The position numbers and the translations under genes are program-made. 64,000 nucleotides of DNA. It comes from an uncultured Gammaproteobacteria bacterium (GTDB taxonomy: Bacteria; Patescibacteriota; Patescibacteriia; UBA1558; 2-01-FULL-52-15). Positions 57,884 to 64,000 of the stretch are shown piece after piece. Numbering within the stretch: the first letter of the stretch is position 1; every line of letters begins with the position of its first letter. The stretch covers positions 11,728 to 75,727 of the forward strand of contig CAYRBH010000001.1 of NCBI GenBank assembly GCA_964422585.1, given 5' to 3'. Below the pieces are notes generated by a model. It was not told where the DNA came from. It saw nothing but the letters and a program-made list of their open reading frames with translations, and made no database searches.

Positions 57884-57956
57884 AGTATATACTATTTTAG
57901 CACTCGTTGCAATAGAGTGCTAATTCAATATATCTAATATCTGCCGAGGCTGTCAA
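57884..57956 (-). promoter_or_regulatory. Two promoters for the heat-shock operon
   Basis: TTGCAA-17-TATACT (57912-57884, overlapping CIRCE) and TTGACA-18-TATATT (57956-57927, upstream of CIRCE). Confidence 0.6.
57897..57923. promoter_or_regulatory. CIRCE operator (HrcA binding site)
   Basis: Perfect TTAGCACTC-N9-GAGTGCTAA. Confidence 0.97.
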
Positions 57957-57986
57957 GCTCTGTATAGAACGCTAAGACTAGCTGAT

Positions 57987-59246
57987 TTATGAAATGGTCT
58001 TATTCAGGGCTTCGATAGGATTGAGTTGTGAAGCTTTCTTTGCTGGGAAATAGCCAAAGCTAATACCGACAACCGATGAGAAAACCAAGGAGAGGACGAG
58101 GGCTTGATACGAGAAGGCGAATGGCCATGAAAAGCCCGCATAGCCGGCTCCAATATAGATAAAATATATCATGATGACTGCCAGAATAATACCGAATAAA
58201 CCCCCGAGGCAGGTGACGATGATAGATTCTATGAGAAATTGTGAGCGTATGGTTTTCGGTTGTGCGCCAAATGATTTGCGCAAGCCTATCTCAAAAACAC
58301 GCTCATTCACGGCAACATACATGATATTCATAATGCCTACTCCTCCGACAACTAAGGCTACAGCAGCTATGATGGTGAGGACCAGGGTTAGTCCACTGAG
58401 AATAGTACCAATTGTATTTTTCGCCTCTTCTTGCGTGGTCACCGAAAAGTCATCCTTACTCGGATCCGTGATAGCATGATTGTCTCGCAGCAGAGCTTTG
58501 ATATCATCAGCAATAGCAACGCTACGCTCAGGCTGGTTCATTTGAGCTAGAATGAACGAAAGATGATCAAAACCAAGCAAAAAGGCTTGAGCGGTCTTCA
58601 GGGGTACAAAGATCATCTGGTCCATATCGAGAAAACCCGTCGAGCCTCTTTTATCGAAGACTCCAATCACCAGTAAGTTCGTTTTCTCGAGCTTGATCTG
58701 CTGTCCGATAGGATCTTGGTTCGGGAATAGTTTATCGGCGACCGCTGAGCCGAGCACTGCGTATTTGCCCAAACCTAATTCATCCTCGGCTGTATAGAAG
58801 CGACCTTTCGCTACTGTACCAGTATCGATATCTTTGAATTCTGAAGAGACCGCAAAGTAATTAATTCGCTTCTCATCATACGGAGATGAGGCTACTGCCT
58901 GACCAAGCACTGCTCCATAGCTCGTTCCTATCCCTGGTATCTTGTCGATACCGATCATATCTTTTTCTTTGAGCGTAGTAATACTGATACCCTGTGCTAT
59001 CCCACCGGCATTTGCGCTTGAGTTGGGAGAAGCATTCGGAATTTTCACCTCTATGGTTATCGTGTTGGTGCCGAACGCATCTAACTGAGACAGAAGAACT
59101 AAGCGGAGTGACTTCCCCGCAGACATTATTATAACGATCGACATAATCCCTATCGCCATACCCAGTAATGATAAAGCGGTTCGCAGGCGATTCCTGCTGA
59201 GGGCCATGAAGGCAGTACGGATATTTTCTTTGAAAAGACTATTCAT
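57987..59246 (-). CDS. MacB/FtsX-family ABC permease
   Basis: RTALSLLGMAIG, VGGVGIMNIM, ERVFEIGLRKSFGA, YFPAKKAS. Confidence 0.93.
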   Translation of the reverse strand: MNSLFKENIRTAFMALSRNRLRTALSLLGMAIGIMSIVIIMSAGKSLRLVLLSQLDAFGTNTITIEVKIPNASPNSSANAGGIAQGISITTLKEKDMIGIDKIPGIGTSYGAVLGQAVASSPYDEKRINYFAVSSEFKDIDTGTVAKGRFYTAEDELGLGKYAVLGSAVADKLFPNQDPIGQQIKLEKTNLLVIGVFDKRGSTGFLDMDQMIFVPLKTAQAFLLGFDHLSFILAQMNQPERSVAIADDIKALLRDNHAITDPSKDDFSVTTQEEAKNTIGTILSGLTLVLTIIAAVALVVGGVGIMNIMYVAVNERVFEIGLRKSFGAQPKTIRSQFLIESIIVTCLGGLFGIILAVIMIYFIYIGAGYAGFSWPFAFSYQALVLSLVFSSVVGISFGYFPAKKASQLNPIEALNKTIS

Positions 59247-60477
59247 AGTGAAGCGCTACTATTGGCTTGAGGTCAGCGGCCTGCTTCGCAGGATAATACC
59301 CAAACAGGAAACCCACTGCTAAGGGGAATATGAATGAAAGCGCTACTGCGGGTATTCCGATCGAAAAGCTCCACGCATAACCCAGAGCTTGGGCGACAGC
59401 TGCCACTGCGAATGACACCAGGGTACCAATGGCAAGACCCAGCATCCCGCCGGTAAGGGTGATAAGCAACGTTTCTGTAATAAATTGAGTCCGCAAGTCT
59501 TGTGGTCTTGCTCCGAGCGCTTTGCGTATCCCGATCTCCCGAGTACGCTCAAGGACAGCTACCAGCATAATATTCATGATCCCGATCCCTCCAACGAGTA
59601 ATGAGAGCATTGAGATGGCCGCAAGGAAGTACTTCACGACATTAGTAATAGTACCAAGGACGCTCAGGGCCTGTGCTGTAGTCCGTACGCTAAAGTCATC
59701 CTGAGCAGGATTGGTGATATTATGCTGCACGCGGAGTGTTTTACGGATTTCGTCGGTCAGTATATCAAGGTTTTGACCTTCAGCAGCCTTGATCCGCATG
59801 AATCCAAGATGGTGGATGCCGAGCAGTATCTTTTGAGCAGTCTCAAGCGGTATGAAGACCTGATCATCTTGGTTCTGGAATGCAACAGTGCCCCGCTTCG
59901 GCATAACGCCGATGACGCGGAAGGTTTCGCGTTTAATTTTAATCTTTTCTCCAATGGGGTTCGCACCATTAAAGAGTTCATCAGCCACCTGCGACCCAAG
60001 GACAGCAACGCGGGAAAGCGTCGCATTATCATCATCTGTGAAGAAGCTGCCAGAGGCAACGCCAGTATTTTCGACCACAGGGTAGGAAGGCGAGACGCCA
60101 GTGAAATTCCCATCAATGCTTTGATCCTGCCAGGAAATGGTGCCAATCCCTTTCACGTAGCCGGAGTATGCTATGAGGCCAGGCACATCTTTCATGATTG
60201 CCTCCCCATCCCCAGGTGTAAGGGTTGTGATAGTGATACCGAATGCTGTCGCTGGAGGTCCATTATCGTCGCTGCCCCCTGGTAATACGCCTATCAAATT
60301 ACTGCCAAGGGTGTTGATCTGATTGAAGATGAGGCTTTGGGCTCCGTTCCCGACGGCGATGATAATGACAATAGCGGCAATCCCAATGATGATCCCGAGC
60401 ATCGTGAGAAATGAGCGGGCTTTATTGCTCAAAAGCGCTTGCCGCGCCATAAGCAGTGATAGATAGGTGCGGATCAT
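59239..60477 (-). CDS. MacB/FtsX-family ABC permease
   Basis: RSFLTMLGIIIG, VGGIGIMNIML, ERTREIGIRKALGA, YPAKQAA. Confidence 0.94.
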   Translation of the reverse strand: MIRTYLSLLMARQALLSNKARSFLTMLGIIIGIAAIVIIIAVGNGAQSLIFNQINTLGSNLIGVLPGGSDDNGPPATAFGITITTLTPGDGEAIMKDVPGLIAYSGYVKGIGTISWQDQSIDGNFTGVSPSYPVVENTGVASGSFFTDDDNATLSRVAVLGSQVADELFNGANPIGEKIKIKRETFRVIGVMPKRGTVAFQNQDDQVFIPLETAQKILLGIHHLGFMRIKAAEGQNLDILTDEIRKTLRVQHNITNPAQDDFSVRTTAQALSVLGTITNVVKYFLAAISMLSLLVGGIGIMNIMLVAVLERTREIGIRKALGARPQDLRTQFITETLLITLTGGMLGLAIGTLVSFAVAAVAQALGYAWSFSIGIPAVALSFIFPLAVGFLFGYYPAKQAADLKPIVALHYE

Positions 60478-60488
60478 GCCGGTGGATA

Positions 60489-61208
60489 TTACTTGATCTC
60501 GGTGCCAATCTGAGCGATCCTACGGGAAAGAACCTTTTCATCATTATCAATATGACCATCTTTCATATGAATGATGCGCTCTGCATGCTCGGCAGTACCA
60601 TTCTCATGGGTAACTAGAATAATAGTTTTACCATCTCTGTGCAGCTGTTGCAGTATCATAAGTACCTGGATCCCAGAAACTGAATCGAGGTTACCGGTTG
60701 GTTCGTCGGCAAGTATAATCGAGGGGTTATTCACTAATGCACGAGCGATCGCAACACGCTGCTTTTCGCCCCCGGAGAGTTGATTGGAATAAAAGTCAGC
60801 TCGATGGGCTAAGCCGACACTCTCAATAGCTTTGAGCGCTATAGCCTTACGCTCTTTTTCGCTCCGCTTAGTACTACTGTAGATAAGCGGCAGCTCTACA
60901 TTTGAGAGTACGGTCGTTTTTTGTAGTAAGTTGAATGCCTGAAACACAAAGCCGATCTGACTGCTGCGGTATTCCGCGAGCTGGACATCATTCAGCGAGC
61001 TTACATCAACATCTTTGAAGCGATAGGTGCCGTTGGTCAGCGTATCGAGAAAACCTAGAATGTTCATCAGCGTTGACTTGCCAGAGCCTGAGGGGCCCAT
61101 TAACGCGACAAATTCGCCTTGGCTGACGTTCAGATTAATGTCTTTGAGGACAGGGGTAATGACGCCATCATTGTTGAATTCCTTGTAGATATGCGCGAGC
61201 TCGATCAT
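60489..61208 (-). CDS. ABC transporter ATP-binding protein (MacB/LolD type)
   Basis: GPSGSGKST, LSGGEKQR, ILADEPTGNLD, VTH; start at ATG 61208. Confidence 0.96.
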   Translation of the reverse strand: MIELAHIYKEFNNDGVITPVLKDINLNVSQGEFVALMGPSGSGKSTLMNILGFLDTLTNGTYRFKDVDVSSLNDVQLAEYRSSQIGFVFQAFNLLQKTTVLSNVELPLIYSSTKRSEKERKAIALKAIESVGLAHRADFYSNQLSGGEKQRVAIARALVNNPSIILADEPTGNLDSVSGIQVLMILQQLHRDGKTIILVTHENGTAEHAERIIHMKDGHIDNDEKVLSRRIAQIGTEIK

Positions 61209-61209
61209 G

Positions 61210-62865
61210 CTACTTTTGCTCACCGGTGACTACAACCTCTCCTTCAGTAAGTCCATTGGTTATTTCTAGCATACCCCCATCGCCCTTTAAGCCAGTAGTA
61301 ACCTCGCGGTCTACAGGAGTCGTAGGGTTGGTAAGGACACGGACTTTCTTTACCTCATTGGTGGTTGTGACAGCGCGAGCCGGTACCACCAAGACACCCG
61401 GTTTCGTAGCGGTAGTGATAGTGATATTCGCGGTCATGCCTGACTTAAGTGTCTCTGTCGGTTCAGTGAATGTTATGGTAACACGATAGTAGACAACACC
61501 CTCTATGAGACGTTCAGCTGGTTCGATGGATTGCACGACACCCTTGAAAGACACATCGGGTCCGAAGGCATCCAGTGTCGTGGATACCGCATCTCCAACG
61601 GCTATCTTCGCGATATCGGATTCTGGTATATCGACATTGATTTCGAAAGCGCTAGTGCCAATCATGGTGATATTCGGCGTTGTAGGAAGTGCCTGCTCAC
61701 CCACTTTGATATCCACGGCAGTTATCGTGCCATCAATGGGCGCAGTGATCACCGTATCGGCCACATTGCTCAAGGCAGCCTGCAGAGAGGCCTGAGCTTG
61801 CGCCACGCGCGATTGCTGTTGTTTGATATCATAACTCTGCGGCTTTGCGGTAGAGAGGTTAAGCTTTGCCTGAGCCAAATCCAATGCACCTTGTGCGGTC
61901 TTAACAGCGAAATTCGCGTCATCATAAGCGTTCTGAAGGGCATCCTCGCCAGTGGTTAAGTTAGAAATGGAAGACTGAATAGCGGTTTTCGCAGCAGCCA
62001 CCGCGGTTGCCTGGGCATTGCTATCTGCTTTTAAGCCGTCAATAGCGGCAGCGCTATAGGAGGTAGTAACGATACCGCCAGAATAGGCGTCAAGTGAGTC
62101 TTGGAGGCATGCTGATATCTGGGTAAGGTTCGTCTGCAACGTATTGAGCGCTGTGAGTATGTCATCGTTCTTCTGGCTCACCTGAGCAGTTTGTATGAGT
62201 GGATCAAGGGAATCTAAGGTTGCCCGTGCACGCGTGTAGCTATCTCTGGCGGCAAGGACAGCCTCAGTCTTGGTCGTTTTGAAAAGGTTACTAGCATCCT
62301 GATCAAGCAGATCACCAAATACTACATCAAGGGCATACTGCGCAACGAATTTTTTATCAATGAGCGCTTGCAATGCCGTTGATCGATTGTCGTCACGGGT
62401 CTTCTGCTGAGAAGCTATGAGGTTCTGTAAATTCGTTTTAGCCGAATCAAGCTGTATAGCAGCGTTCGAAACTTCTTCCTGGGTGACCGCTAGTTGCTCG
62501 GGGGTTGTACCGCTCAGAAGTTTTTCCAAATCTGCTTGTGCTGAACTAACGCTTGCCTGGGCGCTGCTTACCTGAGATTGCAGAGTGTCGGCAGAGAGCT
62601 CTGCGAGCACCTGTCCTTGTTTCACCTTGTCCCCTACTGCGACATGCACGACTGCGACCCGACCAGTCGCTTTGAAATTCATGCCAATGTCTTCCGCTGA
62701 GGATATCGATCCAGTCGCGTCGACAGTTTGTACCAGATCCATTTTTGTGACTTTGGCAGTACTATAGGTCGGGCCGGATGGTTTTTTCAAAGCAAAAGAA
62801 ACGCCAATGCCGATTATGACAAGTATGACGATACCTATGATGATTTTTCTGAATCGTTTGAACAT
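61210..62865 (-). CDS. MacA/HlyD-type periplasmic adaptor with a long coiled coil
   Basis: N-terminal TM, GDKVKQGQVLA, ITAPIDG, ESDIAKI, LKSGMTA. Confidence 0.92.
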   Translation of the reverse strand: MFKRFRKIIIGIVILVIIGIGVSFALKKPSGPTYSTAKVTKMDLVQTVDATGSISSAEDIGMNFKATGRVAVVHVAVGDKVKQGQVLAELSADTLQSQVSSAQASVSSAQADLEKLLSGTTPEQLAVTQEEVSNAAIQLDSAKTNLQNLIASQQKTRDDNRSTALQALIDKKFVAQYALDVVFGDLLDQDASNLFKTTKTEAVLAARDSYTRARATLDSLDPLIQTAQVSQKNDDILTALNTLQTNLTQISACLQDSLDAYSGGIVTTSYSAAAIDGLKADSNAQATAVAAAKTAIQSSISNLTTGEDALQNAYDDANFAVKTAQGALDLAQAKLNLSTAKPQSYDIKQQQSRVAQAQASLQAALSNVADTVITAPIDGTITAVDIKVGEQALPTTPNITMIGTSAFEINVDIPESDIAKIAVGDAVSTTLDAFGPDVSFKGVVQSIEPAERLIEGVVYYRVTITFTEPTETLKSGMTANITITTATKPGVLVVPARAVTTTNEVKKVRVLTNPTTPVDREVTTGLKGDGGMLEITNGLTEGEVVVTGEQK

Positions 62866-62888
62866 ACTACTTTAAAATAAGCACAGTT

Positions 62889-62917
62889 ACTATACTGTAT
62901 TTCGAGCCCTTTATCAA
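62889..62917 (-). promoter_or_regulatory. Promoter of the exporter operon
   Basis: TTGATA-17 nt-TATAGT. Confidence 0.6.
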
Positions 62918-62925
62918 TCTATATT

Positions 62926-62950
62926 GAAAATAACCCAGTGTTGTTGGGTT
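62926..62950 (-). terminator. Possible terminator after the pilin gene
   Basis: AACCCA...TGGGTT stem followed by ATTTTC. Confidence 0.5.
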
Positions 62951-62978
62951 TCCTCCAAGCTCTATGTCACTGAGCGCC

Positions 62979-63518
62979 TTAACGCTGCACTTCTATGCTG
63001 CCAGACTTATAATGGGTGCATGCCCCAACCGCTATCCTATTCGCAGCACTCTTCTTGATGTAGTAACCAGTACTACTGGCAGTGTTTAATGGATCGACTG
63101 GCATGGTGGCAAGGTATTTATCGGTGATAGCTGTCCAGAGGTTTACCTGACCGTAAATCGTTTGAGCACCAGCAGCACCATCCAGCTCCAGACAATCAGC
63201 ATTATCACTGGTAGAGCCATCAGTTTTCTGTCCCTGACCTTGTGCTATCACATAGTACTGACCAGGAGTCATGTTAGCGACAGGAGTAGGCAGACCTGAG
63301 GCATCCACCGTGTATTGTAAAATAGCATTAAGGATAGAGGTGACATCAGCATACCTACGAGCATCACGGGCATCACCGACTCTCTTCGCAGGATCAATGG
63401 CTACGAACAGGGCTGCTGCCAGTAGACCGATGATGGCTACGACTATGATAAGTTCTATCAAGGTGAAGCCTTTTTTGGCGGTACTACGGGCACTCGTGCA
63501 AGAGCGCACTCTGGTCAT
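62979..63518 (-). CDS. Type IV pilin
   Basis: KKG|FTLIELIIVVAIIGLLAA class III signal, RDARR..D, YLATMPVDP; start uncertain (63518 or 63545). Confidence 0.93.
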   Translation of the reverse strand: MTRVRSCTSARSTAKKGFTLIELIIVVAIIGLLAAALFVAIDPAKRVGDARDARRYADVTSILNAILQYTVDASGLPTPVANMTPGQYYVIAQGQGQKTDGSTSDNADCLELDGAAGAQTIYGQVNLWTAITDKYLATMPVDPLNTASSTGYYIKKSAANRIAVGACTHYKSGSIEVQR

Positions 63519-63599
63519 TAATTTTCTATAGGTTGATTGCCTCATGGTATCAGCAACTATATGGTAGTTTATTCGAGATAAAATCACAACCTGAGTGTG

Positions 63600-64000
63600 C
63601 TAGTGTATCTTTTGGGCCTGTATCAAGAATTCCTGTATATCTCGATCGACAACGCCGCTCTTTAGTAAAGCGCTCATCTCATCCAAGGCAGCGCTTTTAT
63701 CTCCCATTTTATACTTCAAAACAGCATCTAAGAATGTCAATCTCTTGAAGGTTGGGAATAAACGCAAAGCTTCATCCAAGGTACTTCGCGCTGAGGCGAA
63801 GTCATTCTTACTGATATACAGGGTGATGAGATTAGCCGAAGCGAAGGGGTTACCATCGCAGTACTGCACTTTCTGGTATTGTTGTTCGGCCTGTGCGTCA
63901 AGACCCAGATCCTCATAGACCACGCCGAGATTCGTTTGTGAGATGAACCATTGAGGACGCAACTGAACAGCCCTCTCAAACATACTGCGCGCCTCATCTA
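63600..64000 (-). CDS. TPR-containing protein, 3' part only (5' end outside the window)
   Basis: NLGVVYEDLG...A...Y TPR pattern; frame stays open to the window edge. Confidence 0.75.
   Translation of the reverse strand, partial: DEARSMFERAVQLRPQWFISQTNLGVVYEDLGLDAQAEQQYQKVQYCDGNPFASANLITLYISKNDFASARSTLDEALRLFPTFKRLTFLDAVLKYKMGDKSAALDEMSALLKSGVVDRDIQEFLIQAQKIH

Noticed and set aside
1-64000. Alternative genetic code (TGA as Gly, as in Gracilibacteria/SR1)
   Set aside because: Genes translate full length under code 11, and several end in TGA overlapping the next ATG (flippase, def, hrcA, thpR).

Overview
64 kb of chromosomal DNA from a small-genome bacterium using genetic code 11. It looks like a Patescibacteria/CPR organism, probably ABY1-like: RpoA lacks the alpha-CTD, LysRS is class I, HrcA is short, most genes lack a Shine-Dalgarno sequence, and there is a CPR-type pilin and a stand-alone VirD4-like ATPase. 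In order, the window holds: the infA-rpmJ-rpsM-rpsK-rpsD-rpoA-rplQ-rplM-rpsI operon; a surface-glycan cluster (flippase, five glycosyltransferases, O-antigen-ligase-like protein); lysK, serS, ftsQ, an S41 protease and ugd; a Xer-type tyrosine recombinase with structured non-coding DNA on both sides; envelope and housekeeping genes (FKBP, M23 peptidase, gltX, wecG, thpR, def, fmt, pilM, xth); a sortase next to an LPNTG surface protein carrying an apparently exact 564-bp duplication; htrA, tRNA-Gln(CTG), dnaX, VirD4-like ATPase, corA, dus; a CIRCE-controlled hrcA-grpE-hsp20-orf-dnaK-orf-dnaJ operon; a MacAB-like exporter; and a type IV pilin. No CRISPR array, rRNA, transposase or prophage was seen. 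The best novelty candidates are (1) an unassigned ~145-nt multibranched RNA-like element with its own promoter just downstream of xer, (2) GC-rich orphan genes built as self-contained promoter-SD-ORF-terminator units that share upstream motifs, (3) a ~100-nt rod-shaped RNA-like element after dnaJ, and (4) the sortase/LPNTG pair. All calls are by eye from the sequence and ORF track; no database searches or folding programs were run.
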